64,000 nt of DNA from the NCBI GenBank assembly GCA_963732385.1, contig CAVSZB010000002.1, positions 64,001 to 128,000 on the forward strand. Direction: 5' to 3'. Origin of the DNA: an uncultured bacterium (GTDB lineage: Bacteria > Krumholzibacteriota > Krumholzibacteriia > LZORAL124-64-63). The position numbers and the translations under genes were made by a program. Shown here piece after piece: positions 9,031 through 19,065 of the stretch; the first letter of the stretch is position 1; every line of letters starts with the position of its first letter. The notes under the pieces were generated by a model. That model was given only the letters and a program-made list of their open reading frames with translations, was not told the origin of the DNA and made no database searches.

Positions 9031-10869
9031 TCAGGCGCGTTGACGGGATTCCCGGCGGCGATCTGTTTCCAGCAATAATTTCTTGCGCAAACGGATACTT
9101 GCCGGCGTTACTTCGACGAGTTCATCGTCATCGATGAACTCCAGTGCCTGCTCCAGGGAGAAGCGTATCGGCGGCGTCAGCAACAGGTCTTCATCCGTGC
9201 CGGCGGCGCGGATATTGGTCAGCTGCTTGGCCTTGGTCGGATTGATGACCAGGTCGCTGCCCCGGCTGTGTATGCCGCAGATCATGCCTTCGTACACCGG
9301 CTCGCCATGGCCGATGAACAAACGACCGCGCTCCTGCAGGTTGAACAGCGCATAAGCCAGCGCCTTGCCGGCCACCATGGAAATCAGCACGCCATTGTTG
9401 CGCTGGCCGATCGAGGCCGGAATGCGGCGATCGTATTTTTCGAACACGTGATAAATCAGCCCGGTGCCCGAGGTGCAGGTCAGATACTCGGTACGGAAGC
9501 CGATCAGGCCACGCGCCGGCATCCGGTACTCCAGACGCAGACGACCCGTGCCATCCGGGGTCATGGTCAGCAGCTCGCCCTTGCGCTCGGCGAGGCGGCT
9601 CATCACGGCACCCTGGAACTGCTCTTCGAAATCGACCGTGAGCTGCTCCCAGGGTTCGCAGACGACGCCGTCGATCTCCTGCTCGATCACCTCGGGCCGG
9701 GAAACTGCCAGCTCATAGCCTTCGCGACGCATGTTCTCGATGAGGATCGACAGGTGCAGTTCACCGCGGCCGGAAACCTTGAACTTGTCTGGATCCTCGG
9801 TCGGCTCCACGCGCAAGGCCACGTTGTGCTTCAGTTCGCGTTCAAGGCGTTCCTTGATGTGCCGGCTGGTCAGGAACTTGCCTTCCTTGCCGGCAAACGG
9901 CGACTTGTTCACGCAGAAAGTCATGCTGATGGTCGGCTCATCCACCTTGAGCGGCGGCAGGCCCTCGGGTACTTCGCGGTCGCAGACGGTGTCGGAGATG
10001 AAGAGTTCCTCGATGCCGCTGAACACCACGATATCGCCGGCGCTGGCCGACTCGACCTTGTAACGGTTGAGACCGAGGAAGCCGTACAGCTCGCCCAGCC
10101 GCCCGCTGCGCACCTTGCCGTTCGCACCGACGATGCTCACGGTGGATCCGGCCACGGCCCTGCCGCGCGTGATGCGGCCGATGCCGAGCATGCCCACATA
10201 GGAGTCGTAATCGAGACTGGAAACCTGCAGCTGCAGCGGACCGTTGGGATCCACTTTCGGTGGTGCCACGTGCTTGACGATGGCCTCGAAGAGCGGCGTC
10301 ATGTCGCCGGAACGCACGCTGGACTCGAGCCCGGCGTAGCCGTTCAGCGCCGAGGCGTAGATGACCGGGAAATCGAGCTGGGCATTGGTCGCACCCAGCC
10401 GGTCAAACAGCTCGAAGGTTGCATCCAGCGCCCAACCCGGGCGGGCACCATCACGGTCGATCTTGTTGATCACGACGATCGGCGTGAAACCGAAGGCAAA
10501 GGCCTTCTGGGTCACGAAGCGGGTCTGCGGCATCGGACCGTCGACGGCATCGACCAGCAACAGCACGCAATCCGCCATCGACAGCACGCGCTCGACCTCA
10601 CCACCGAAGTCGGCATGTCCGGGCGTGTCGATGATGTTGATGAAGTAGTCACCCCAGGTGATCGCGGTATTCTTGGCCAGGATGGTGATGCCGCGCTCCT
10701 TCTCGAGGTCATTCGAGTCCATGGCCCGCTCGGGCAGCTGGAAGCGCACATCAAGGGTGCCGGACTGGCGCAGCAGCTTGTCGACCAGCGTGGTTTTGCC
10801 ATGGTCGACGTGCGCGATGATGGCGATATTGCGCAGCTTGTCGGTCGGTTTGGTGACAGAGTTGTTCAT
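9031..10869 (-). CDS. typA: Translational GTPase TypA/BipA
   Basis: [47 protein letters not shown]. Confidence 0.98.
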   Translation of the reverse strand: MNNSVTKPTDKLRNIAIIAHVDHGKTTLVDKLLRQSGTLDVRFQLPERAMDSNDLEKERGITILAKNTAITWGDYFINIIDTPGHADFGGEVERVLSMADCVLLLVDAVDGPMPQTRFVTQKAFAFGFTPIVVINKIDRDGARPGWALDATFELFDRLGATNAQLDFPVIYASALNGYAGLESSVRSGDMTPLFEAIVKHVAPPKVDPNGPLQLQVSSLDYDSYVGMLGIGRITRGRAVAGSTVSIVGANGKVRSGRLGELYGFLGLNRYKVESASAGDIVVFSGIEELFISDTVCDREVPEGLPPLKVDEPTISMTFCVNKSPFAGKEGKFLTSRHIKERLERELKHNVALRVEPTEDPDKFKVSGRGELHLSILIENMRREGYELAVSRPEVIEQEIDGVVCEPWEQLTVDFEEQFQGAVMSRLAERKGELLTMTPDGTGRLRLEYRMPARGLIGFRTEYLTCTSGTGLIYHVFEKYDRRIPASIGQRNNGVLISMVAGKALAYALFNLQERGRLFIGHGEPVYEGMICGIHSRGSDLVINPTKAKQLTNIRAAGTDEDLLLTPPIRFSLEQALEFIDDDELVEVTPASIRLRKKLLLETDRRRESRQRA

Positions 10870-11023
10870 CGGGGGTGCCGGGGATACGAAAGGTCGCGAA
10901 TTATAGGGGAGAAATCCGGGTCAGACTGCGTTTTCATGGCCCGGGGCGCACTTATGTGATCTCCGCGGGCGCAGTACAGTAGGGTCAGCCGTAGAGTATC
11001 GGTGCCGGATCGGGAGGGACCGG

Positions 11024-11627
11024 ATGGGTTCAGGCCAGGCCAATCACCAGGATCAGCGCCCGTCGCAGCACGCCGTCTTGTCGGCCTGCAGCGCTGGCTG
11101 CCTGTGCTGCCCTGCTCTTCCTGGCCGGGTGTGCCGCACCCCCGCAGGCGCCGGATCCGGCGGCCCGGACCCCGGTCCCGGCCAGCCCGCTGCCCCCTCC
11201 ACTGCTCGACCCCCTGCGCACACAGGTCATATTCACGGCCATGCAGATGGTCGGCGTGCCCTATCTCTGGGGCGGCAGCACACCCGCCGGCTTCGACTGC
11301 AGCGGCCTGGTGCAATACGCCTATTCGAATGCGGGCCTGCAGGTACCGCGTACCGCGGCCGCGCAGTTTGCCGCAGCGACGCCCCTCACGCTGGAGGATG
11401 CAGTTGCCGGCGACCTGCTGTTTTTCGACGATCACAGTCGCACCTCGCACGTCGCCATCTATCTGGGTGAAGGGCGTTTCGTGCATGCCCCGAATGGCGG
11501 CAACCAGGTGTCGCTCGATGACTTGAGCACCTCGTACTGGCGCACGCACTTCAGCGGCGCCGGACGCATCATCCAGTCGGACGAGTTCAGATCGTGCCCA
11601 GATACCACTCGTAGTCGAGATTGCTGA
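11024..11627 (+). CDS. NlpC/P60 (C40) peptidase lipoprotein; apparent +1 indel just after the ATG
   Basis: PYLWGG..GFDCSGL, HVAIY, FVHAP. Lipobox LFLAGC lies in the same frame upstream but has no in-frame start; removing one G from ATGGG at 11024 (after SD GGAGG) restores it. Confidence 0.8.
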
Positions 11628-12969
11628 CCTGCGCGTGGAAGGCCTCCGCCTCATGCCTGCGCGCGAGGCTGAACACGCGGCAAAACTCCGCGCCCAGATA
11701 GCCTGGCAGCAGCCGGCCGGCATCGAAGGCATCCAGCGCAGTCTCCCAGCGCGGTGACAGGCTGATCGCTTCCTTCATCACCTCGCCCTCGGCAATCATG
11801 CGCGGGGGCTCGATCTGCTGCGTGAGCCCGGCATGCACGCCGGAAAGAATTGCGGCCATCGCGAGATAGGGATTGCAGTCGGCACCCGCCACCCGATGCT
11901 CGATGCGCAGGTTGCGGTCATCCGACATGGGGATGCGCACAGCGACGTGGCGATGATTCACGCCCCAGTTCGGAGCGATCGGTGCAAAACAGCCCGGCCG
12001 GATCCGGCGGTAGGAGTTTGCGTTGGGTGCAAAGATGGCCAGCGATTCGGGCATTGCTGCGAGCAGGCCACCGACAGCATGGCGGAGAGTGTGCCCGTAT
12101 CCGCCCGCCGCCTGCCCTGGCGACGGCTGGGCAAACACGTTGCGGCCATCCCGATCGACGAGGCTGAGATGCACGTGCATGCCGGAACCGTCGATCTCGG
12201 CAAAGGGCTTGGCCATGAAGGTCGCCGCGAGGGCGTGTTTCCGGGCCACGCCGCGGATCAGTCGACGCAGCAGTATGGCGTGATCACAGGCGGCGACCGC
12301 ATCGGCAACGTGGTGGAGGTTGACCTCGAACTGGCCGGCACCGTACTCCGAGACGATGCTGCCGGCCGGAATACGCTGCGCTTCGCAGGCCGCGGTGATT
12401 TCAGCGAATAGCGGATCGAGGTCGTGCAGATCCTCGAGACTGTAGACGCGTGGCCCGGACTGCCGGCGCTGCGTGCCGGGGACGCGGCCCCGCCTGGCGC
12501 GCGGCACCTCGCCGGAGGTGTCATCCAGCAGGTAGAACTCGAACTCGACGGCGACGACAGGGGTCAGGCCGAGTTCGGCAAACCGGCTTACGACCCCGGC
12601 CAGCACGTGCCGGCAATCGGCGAAAAACGGCCGGCCATCCCGGTGCTCCAGCGCAACCAGGCACTGACCGGGGTGAGTCGCGGCCCACGGCACCGGTACC
12701 AGTGAGCCCGGCACCGGCCGGCAGACATGATCAGGATCACCATCGTCCGAGCCATAGCTGAGCCCGTCGATGAGCGCACCGCGACTGTCGAGCAGGATGC
12801 CGGTGGCCGGAAAGGTGATGCCATCACGCCAGAGTGACTGCAGTTCACGGCGGCCGATGCGCTTGCCGCGCAGAATGCCGTTGAGGTCCGGCAGCAACAG
12901 TTCGACCGCCCGGGCATCCGGCCAGGCGGCAAGAAAGTTGCGGGCCTCGTCGACGGGTCTGTCGTTCAT
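11587..12969 (-). CDS. Glutamine synthetase family protein (PuuA-like gamma-glutamyl ligase)
   Basis: DLNGILRGK, EFEFYL, SEYGAGQFEVN, ATFMAKP, GSGMHVHLS, PNANSYRR, RIEHRVAGADCNPY. Confidence 0.9.
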   Translation of the reverse strand: MNDRPVDEARNFLAAWPDARAVELLLPDLNGILRGKRIGRRELQSLWRDGITFPATGILLDSRGALIDGLSYGSDDGDPDHVCRPVPGSLVPVPWAATHPGQCLVALEHRDGRPFFADCRHVLAGVVSRFAELGLTPVVAVEFEFYLLDDTSGEVPRARRGRVPGTQRRQSGPRVYSLEDLHDLDPLFAEITAACEAQRIPAGSIVSEYGAGQFEVNLHHVADAVAACDHAILLRRLIRGVARKHALAATFMAKPFAEIDGSGMHVHLSLVDRDGRNVFAQPSPGQAAGGYGHTLRHAVGGLLAAMPESLAIFAPNANSYRRIRPGCFAPIAPNWGVNHRHVAVRIPMSDDRNLRIEHRVAGADCNPYLAMAAILSGVHAGLTQQIEPPRMIAEGEVMKEAISLSPRWETALDAFDAGRLLPGYLGAEFCRVFSLARRHEAEAFHAQVSNLDYEWYLGTI

Positions 12970-13060
12970 GGCGGTGATCCTGTTTATGGCCGGATTCTGA
13001 CCAATCCCGGCAGCCACGTCGATCCTGCTACCATTTCCTCACGCGGACAAAGAGCATGAC

Positions 13061-13924
13061 ATGAACAATCCGGCACCTTCGTACATTCTGACGGTAGTCT
13101 GCCCCGACAAGGTCGGCATCGTGGCCGCAGTCGCCGGCTACCTGACCTCGCGGAACTGGTTCATCGAAGAATCCTCGCACTTCGGCGACCGCGACACCGG
13201 CACCTTCTTCATGCGCACCCGCTTCACGGTCGCCGAGGAGGGCTTCTCCCGGACCAGCTTTGCCAGCGGCTTCGAGGATATCGCCCGGAAGTTCACCATC
13301 GAATGGCAGGTACACGACACCGCTGTCCTGCCGCGCGTGCTGATCATGGTGTCGCGCTACGACCACTGCCTCAACGACCTGCTGTATCGCTACCGCACCG
13401 GGGCACTGAAGATGGCGATTCCCGCGATCATCTCCAACCACATGGACCTGGCCGGGCTGGCCAGCTGGCACAAGGTGCCCTACTTCCACCTACCGGTGTC
13501 CGCGGCAACCCGGCAGGACGCCGAGGCACGACTGATGGATATCGCTGGCGACACGCAGGCCGAACTGATCGTGCTGGCCCGCTACATGCAGATCCTGTCG
13601 CCATCGATGTGCACGCAGTACGCGGGACGCATCATCAACATCCACCACTCCTTCCTGCCCGGCTTCAAGGGCGCCAAGCCCTACCACGAGGCACACCGGC
13701 GCGGCGTCAAGCTGATCGGCGCCACGGCGCACTATGTGACGGCAGACCTCGATGAAGGGCCGATCATTGAACAGACGGTCGAGCGGGCCGACCACACCAT
13801 GTCACCGGATGATCTCGCCGCGATCGGCCGCGACGTGGAATCAATCACCCTGGCACGGGCGGTCAAACTGCATATCGAGCATCGCGTCTTCGTCAACGGC
13901 AGCAAGACGGTGGTACTGCGCTGA
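13061..13924 (+). CDS. purU: Formyltetrahydrofolate deformylase
   Basis: N-terminal ACT domain (CPDKVGIV), HCLNDLL, LARYMQIL, INIHHSFLP, GATAHYVT..LDEGPIIEQ. Confidence 0.97.
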   Translation: MNNPAPSYILTVVCPDKVGIVAAVAGYLTSRNWFIEESSHFGDRDTGTFFMRTRFTVAEEGFSRTSFASGFEDIARKFTIEWQVHDTAVLPRVLIMVSRYDHCLNDLLYRYRTGALKMAIPAIISNHMDLAGLASWHKVPYFHLPVSAATRQDAEARLMDIAGDTQAELIVLARYMQILSPSMCTQYAGRIINIHHSFLPGFKGAKPYHEAHRRGVKLIGATAHYVTADLDEGPIIEQTVERADHTMSPDDLAAIGRDVESITLARAVKLHIEHRVFVNGSKTVVLR

Positions 13925-13928
13925 GCCT

Positions 13929-15002
13929 TCAGGCGCTCTTGCGTGCCTGCACCACCGGACGCAACAGCACAGCCAGTTCGCGCAGCGTTTTTTCGGTACT
14001 CGTCCAGTCGATGCAGCCATCCGTCACCGACACCCCGTAGCGGAGCTTGCTGCGGTCCGCGGGGATATCCTGGTTGCCCGCCTCGAGATTGCTTTCCAGC
14101 ATGAGGCCGATGATCGACCTGTTGCCGTTGACCACCTGTTCGATGCAGTCACGGGCCACGAGAGGCTGCAGCGACGGATCCTTGTTGGAATTGCCATGGC
14201 TGCAATCGATCACGATGCGATCCGGCAGCCCCGCCTTCTGCAGGGCCTGCTCGCACAGCGCGACGCTGACTGAATCGTAGTTGGTGCGGCCGGCACCGCC
14301 GCGCAATACCACATGACCGTAGTTGTTGCCGCGCGTCTGCATGACGGCCGAGCGGCCGTCCTCGTTGATGCCGAGAAAATGATGCGGCTGGCGCGCCGAC
14401 TTGAGCGCATTGATCGCGACCACCAGCGAACCATCGGTGCCGTTCTTGAAACCCACCGGCGTGGAGAGACCGCTGGCCATTTCACGATGGGTCTGCGATT
14501 CGGTGGTGCGCGCACCGATGGCATTCCAGGTGATCAGGTCGCCGAGGTACTGCGGCATGATCGGGTCCAGCGCCTCGGTGGCCGTGGGCAGGCCGAGTTC
14601 CGCCAGATCGAGCAGCAGCCTGCGTGCGATGCCGATGCCCTTCTCGATGTGAAAGGAATCGTCCATGTCCGGGTCGTTGATCAGGCCCTTCCAGCCCACC
14701 GTGGTGCGCGGCTTCTCGAAATAGACGCGCATGACCAGCACCAGCGTGTCGCTGAGCGCATCGGCCAGCGGCTTGAGCCGCCGCGCATACTCCATCGCCG
14801 CCGGAACGTCGTGAACCGAGCAGGGCCCGACCACCACGAACAGCCGCGGATCGCGGGCATCGATGATGTTCTGCAGGACCCGCCGGTTGCGCAGCACAAA
14901 ACCCTCGAGCGCCGGGGTCAGCGGATACTGCGCCTTGACCTCTGCGGGGGTGGGCAGAACGGTACGGGCGACGACGTTGACGTTGTAAATCTGGCTTTCC
15001 AT
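13929..15002 (-). CDS. aroG: Class I-alpha DAHP synthase
   Basis: GPCSVHD, RVYFEKPRTTVGWKG, IGARTTESQTHRE, DCSHGNS, SVTDGCI. aroF/G/H paralog identity uncertain. Confidence 0.95.
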   Translation of the reverse strand: MESQIYNVNVVARTVLPTPAEVKAQYPLTPALEGFVLRNRRVLQNIIDARDPRLFVVVGPCSVHDVPAAMEYARRLKPLADALSDTLVLVMRVYFEKPRTTVGWKGLINDPDMDDSFHIEKGIGIARRLLLDLAELGLPTATEALDPIMPQYLGDLITWNAIGARTTESQTHREMASGLSTPVGFKNGTDGSLVVAINALKSARQPHHFLGINEDGRSAVMQTRGNNYGHVVLRGGAGRTNYDSVSVALCEQALQKAGLPDRIVIDCSHGNSNKDPSLQPLVARDCIEQVVNGNRSIIGLMLESNLEAGNQDIPADRSKLRYGVSVTDGCIDWTSTEKTLRELAVLLRPVVQARKSA

Positions 15003-15123
15003 GCGCGAAGCATAGTGTGCTGGCCACGTAACGGGCAACCCGGCCGGCGGCTTGACGAATGCTGATGGCCACCGAATCCGCCCTGTAGAATGCCGGGTCT
15101 GTCTACAGGTCCGGAGTACACCC

Positions 15124-16074
15124 ATGGCTAACGTATCCACCATCAAGCCCTTCGCCAAGGGCGACATCCTCGTCGGCGTCACCCTTCTCAACCGCGCCGA
15201 CGACGACCATGCCGGCGATGGCCGGATCATCCAGTACGACAGCGATCTCAACGAAAAAGGCGTGCTGTGGACCAGCGGGACCAGCCACCTGATCGCCGGC
15301 CTGCGCTTCGGACCGGACAAGACCCTGTGGGCCTTCGACTGCAACGCGCATGCTGTCCTGCGCTATGGGCCGGACGGCAAGGAACTGCCGCGGATCAAAT
15401 TCGCCGACCGCTCCTTTTCCAACATCAATTTCACGGCGGACGGCAATGTGCTGTTCGGCGAGCACCTGGTCGGCAACACCATCAAGCTGCCGCCGGAACG
15501 CCCGCTTGGCACCACGCTGGCGAAGATGCCGGGCAGCGATCGCTTCGGTGACGGCCACGTCTTCAAGTTCACGCCGGATGGCAAGTTGCTCAAGGAGTAT
15601 GCGACCGAGACACACGGCGGCATGGCCGGCTTTCTCGGCGCCACCACCGCGAGCCTTGCGCCGGACAACCGGACGCTGGTGTATTGCTCGGAAACCGGCA
15701 CGCGCGTGTTCCAGTACGACATCGTCGCCGACAAACAGCTGCCCGACCTGATCACCCTGCAGCCCGGCGCCGGCGAGATGGCCCTGCTGGCGCAGCATCT
15801 GCCGGACGGCACGCTGCTGTACCTGAAGGCCAACTTCAAGACCGGCTTCAAGCTCGATCACCTGCAGGCGAACGGGGAACTCATCAAGAGCTGGGATCTG
15901 CCGGGACCAGGCTGGGCGACCGTCATCCCGCTGCAGGAACCCGGCATACTGCTGCTCGGCAATTTCTTCACCGGCACGGTGGCCAAGTTCGACATGCAGA
16001 CGGGCGCCCTCGGCGCAAAGGCCGAAACCGGCGTCAAGCGCTCACTCGCCGGTCTCGCTCAATATCCCGGCTGA
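15124..16074 (+). CDS. Hypothetical beta-propeller protein (NHL/SMP-30-like)
   Basis: Repeated F[G/T]PDG-type blade motifs; host-like codon usage; SD GGAG. Confidence 0.7.
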   Translation: MANVSTIKPFAKGDILVGVTLLNRADDDHAGDGRIIQYDSDLNEKGVLWTSGTSHLIAGLRFGPDKTLWAFDCNAHAVLRYGPDGKELPRIKFADRSFSNINFTADGNVLFGEHLVGNTIKLPPERPLGTTLAKMPGSDRFGDGHVFKFTPDGKLLKEYATETHGGMAGFLGATTASLAPDNRTLVYCSETGTRVFQYDIVADKQLPDLITLQPGAGEMALLAQHLPDGTLLYLKANFKTGFKLDHLQANGELIKSWDLPGPGWATVIPLQEPGILLLGNFFTGTVAKFDMQTGALGAKAETGVKRSLAGLAQYPG

Positions 16075-16081
16075 AACGGCT

Positions 16082-16155
16082 GTAGGAGCGCCTTCAGGCG
16101 CGATCTGGTTTTCAAACCGTGATCGCGGCTGAAGCCGCTCCTACGCCGCTCCTAC
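16082..16155. repeat. REPIN: inverted GTAG-type REP pair plus 11-bp terminal duplication
   Basis: GTAGGAGCGCCTTCAGGCGCGATC ... GATCGCGGCTGAAGCCGCTCCTAC GCCGCTCCTAC. Confidence 0.92.
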
Positions 16156-16949
16156 CAGGGCAGGACGCTGCCGTCGAAGGTCCAGAAGGTTCCGCTGTTT
16201 TCGAGGCTGAGCTGATCGGTGATGCGGATCAGGTCGCTGCCGGCCGTTTCCACCGGGCGCAGCATCTTCTTCGGCAGCATGCTCATCATGTCCGTGTCCA
16301 CCGGACCCGGATCGATCAGGGCCACGGCAACACCCTTGCTCTTCAGCTGGATCGCCAGGTTGCGCATTTCCATGTTCAGCGCCGCCTTGCTGGGCCGGTA
16401 GAAGTACAGCATGCCGTTGTTCATGCTGCCGATCGAACCCTGGCTGCTGGACACGTTGCTGATCTTCTTCTGCTGGCTGGCAAGTATGTGGGGCAGAAAG
16501 GCCTCCGCCATCTTCAAGGGCCCGATGACATTGGTACGCAGTACCAGCTCGTAAACCGGCCAGTCCATCTTTTTGGCGAACAGCTGGTTGTTGCCGCCAC
16601 CGGTAATCCCGGCATTGTTGAACAGCACATCGACAGGCTGCCCCTGATACTTCGCGGCCAGCGCATCGATCGCGGCAAGATCGGTGACATCCAGCGTCTC
16701 GATGTTCACCCGGCCCTCACTCTTTGCGGCAAGCGCGCCGAGTTCAGTCGCTTCGGCCGGCTTGCGCGCCGTGGCAATCACCTTCCAGCCCCGGGCGGCA
16801 TACTGCCGCGTCAGTTCCAGGCCGATACCCCGGTTGGCACCGGTAACCAGCACCGTCGGCACGTAGTCGTCGGCACGCGCCAGCGTGCCTGCGAACAGGG
16901 TTAGAGTGGCGAACAGCGCGAGGCTGCGGCTGAATATCCGGATCATCAT
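16152..16949 (-). CDS. SDR oxidoreductase (CsgA/C-factor-like) with Sec-type signal peptide
   Basis: TGANRGIG, NNAG, YRPSK; N-terminal hydrophobic stretch ending ARA. Confidence 0.9.
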   Translation of the reverse strand: MMIRIFSRSLALFATLTLFAGTLARADDYVPTVLVTGANRGIGLELTRQYAARGWKVIATARKPAEATELGALAAKSEGRVNIETLDVTDLAAIDALAAKYQGQPVDVLFNNAGITGGGNNQLFAKKMDWPVYELVLRTNVIGPLKMAEAFLPHILASQQKKISNVSSSQGSIGSMNNGMLYFYRPSKAALNMEMRNLAIQLKSKGVAVALIDPGPVDTDMMSMLPKKMLRPVETAGSDLIRITDQLSLENSGTFWTFDGSVLPW

Positions 16950-16974
16950 TGCTCTCCTGAGAAAGTTCCGGCAG

Positions 16975-17799
16975 CTACCAGGGCAGGATCTGTCCCTTTG
17001 TATCCAGGAACTGCCCGGTCATGGACAGGTCGAAACGGTCGATCTCGCGCACCATGTCGGTCACCGCATCGGCAACCGGGCGCAGCATCTTCTTTGGCAG
17101 GCCTTTCATGAAGTCGGTGTCGGTCGCACCCGGCGTCACCAGTCCGACGATGATGCCGCGACTTTTCAGCTGGAAAGCCAGATTGACCATCAGCATGTTC
17201 AGCGCCGACTTGCTGGACCGGTACCAGTAGAGACGCGCTGCATCGACACTGCCGATGGACCCCTGGCTGCTGGACACGGTCATCATCTTGCGCAGGCGAC
17301 TGGCCTCGACGTGTTTTACGAAGGCCTCGCAGACCTTCATCGGGCCGATCGCGTTGACCGCCATCACCTCGTTGAAGGTCGCATAGTTCAGCCGGCCGAA
17401 CAGCTGGTTTTCCATGCCGCCGCCGATGCCGGCATTGTTCAGCAGGATATCGATCGGCTGTGTTGCATAACGGGCTGCGAGCGCGTCGATGCCGGCGTGA
17501 TCCAGCACATCCAGCGGCTCAACCACGAGATTGGCATGCTTTTTCGCCAGCGCCTGCAGCGCCTCGGCCCTGCCCGGATCACGGCAGGTGGCGAGCACCC
17601 GCCAGTCGCGCGCTGCATAACGCTGCGCAAATTCCAGGCCGATGCCGCGGCTGGCACCGGTGATCAGCACTGTGGTCTGCTGATCGGCCGGCGTCGGTGT
17701 CGGCAGCGGCTCGCCTTCAGCCGCTGCCGCAATCCGGCCAGCGAGAGTACCCATGGTCGCCAGAGCCGCAGTGCTGCGGATCAGTTCGCGCCGATCCAT
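16975..17799 (-). CDS. SDR oxidoreductase with Tat signal peptide
   Basis: MDRRELIRS twin-arginine leader; TGASRGIG, NNAG, YRSSK; paralog of the adjacent SDR. Confidence 0.88.
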   Translation of the reverse strand: MDRRELIRSTAALATMGTLAGRIAAAAEGEPLPTPTPADQQTTVLITGASRGIGLEFAQRYAARDWRVLATCRDPGRAEALQALAKKHANLVVEPLDVLDHAGIDALAARYATQPIDILLNNAGIGGGMENQLFGRLNYATFNEVMAVNAIGPMKVCEAFVKHVEASRLRKMMTVSSSQGSIGSVDAARLYWYRSSKSALNMLMVNLAFQLKSRGIIVGLVTPGATDTDFMKGLPKKMLRPVADAVTDMVREIDRFDLSMTGQFLDTKGQILPW

Positions 17800-17804
17800 C
17801 CCGC

Positions 17805-18953
17805 TCAGACCACGGCCTTGATGTCGTCGCGCTGCTCGGCATATCTGGCCGGATCGACCAGCGGAATCGCGTCGAGCACCCAGCCCTTCTGGCGACGACG
17901 CGCCGGGCTGGGGATCGCATAGGCGGCCCGCTCGCCACTCGCGGCAACAGCCAGCATGTCGATTTTCCAGCCTTTGGCCGCCCATTCCTTCTGCTTGGCC
18001 CGGTAGTCGAGGATGCACTGGTCAGAGGGGACCATGTACTCCTTGTTGTTCTTTTCCGGCGTAACCATCGGGTGCAGGGCTTCGATGATCTTCACGTCCT
18101 GGTTGGCCACGTACATGTTGCGCTCCATGACGTAGGCATCGGTCTTCTCTTCCAGCGAGAAATTGCGCGCACAGACCAGGTACAGATGCGTGTTCTTCTC
18201 GTCGATCGGGCGCTCGTAAAGGTACTGGTGGATGAAGAAGTTCGGGCCCGGGTGAATGTAGGTCCAGACGTGATTGGTACCGTGATACCCGGTGCCGGCC
18301 TCCAGAGAACCCTCGCCGGCGCGATATTTCTTCAGGTCGCCCTGCAGGGGCGGCGCCTGGAAGGTGTGCCAGAAACCGCGGCCCCACGGCGCATTTTCTT
18401 CCACGCGCATGTCACCGATCTTGTATTCCTCTTCGCGCTCGCCGCTGAAGCCGTGGGTATCGTGCACATACTCGTTGTGGGCGGGATCGATGCCGTTCTC
18501 TATCGACCGCTCGTAGTAGCCATTGAGATGGAAGTCCTGCACGGTGGTGCGCCAGCCCTCCTGTCCCCATTCCTTGACCGCGAGGATCGGCGGCCGTTCA
18601 GCCTCGGGGAGATCACCGAGGAACGCGAATACCAGCCCGTAGCGCTCGTCGACCGGATACGCATCGATGCGCGTGCGCCCGGGGATGCTGGCTTTGGAGC
18701 CCAGCGACGGAATCTTCTGGCACTCGCCCTCGCCGTTGAACTGCCAGCCGTGATACGGACACTGGATGCAGTCACCCTTGATCTTGCCATTGGCCAGCGA
18801 GCCGCCGCGGTGTGTGCAGGTATTGGCCAGACAACGGGCCTGACCCTGAGAATCGCGGAAGACCACGAAATCCTGGCCGAGCGCCCGCACCTTCCGCGGC
18901 TGGTCGGTGAGTTCTGCGGTGGTCGCCATGGGGTACCAGAAATTGATGTACAT
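17805..18953 (-). CDS. Rieske non-heme iron oxygenase alpha subunit (VanA/KshA/PaO-like)
   Basis: CTHRGGSL...CPYHGW Rieske motif; ENGIDPAHNEYVH mononuclear Fe motif. Confidence 0.93.
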   Translation of the reverse strand: MYINFWYPMATTAELTDQPRKVRALGQDFVVFRDSQGQARCLANTCTHRGGSLANGKIKGDCIQCPYHGWQFNGEGECQKIPSLGSKASIPGRTRIDAYPVDERYGLVFAFLGDLPEAERPPILAVKEWGQEGWRTTVQDFHLNGYYERSIENGIDPAHNEYVHDTHGFSGEREEEYKIGDMRVEENAPWGRGFWHTFQAPPLQGDLKKYRAGEGSLEAGTGYHGTNHVWTYIHPGPNFFIHQYLYERPIDEKNTHLYLVCARNFSLEEKTDAYVMERNMYVANQDVKIIEALHPMVTPEKNNKEYMVPSDQCILDYRAKQKEWAAKGWKIDMLAVAASGERAAYAIPSPARRRQKGWVLDAIPLVDPARYAEQRDDIKAVV

Positions 18954-19065
18954 ACAAAGACTTCCTCGAACTGGATGGTTAGCGTCTGCCGGGTCGGCGC
19001 GGCAAGCCACACCTTGGTGCCCGGAATATATGCGCTTCGCTGGTCGCGGCCAAGCGGATTAGCTG

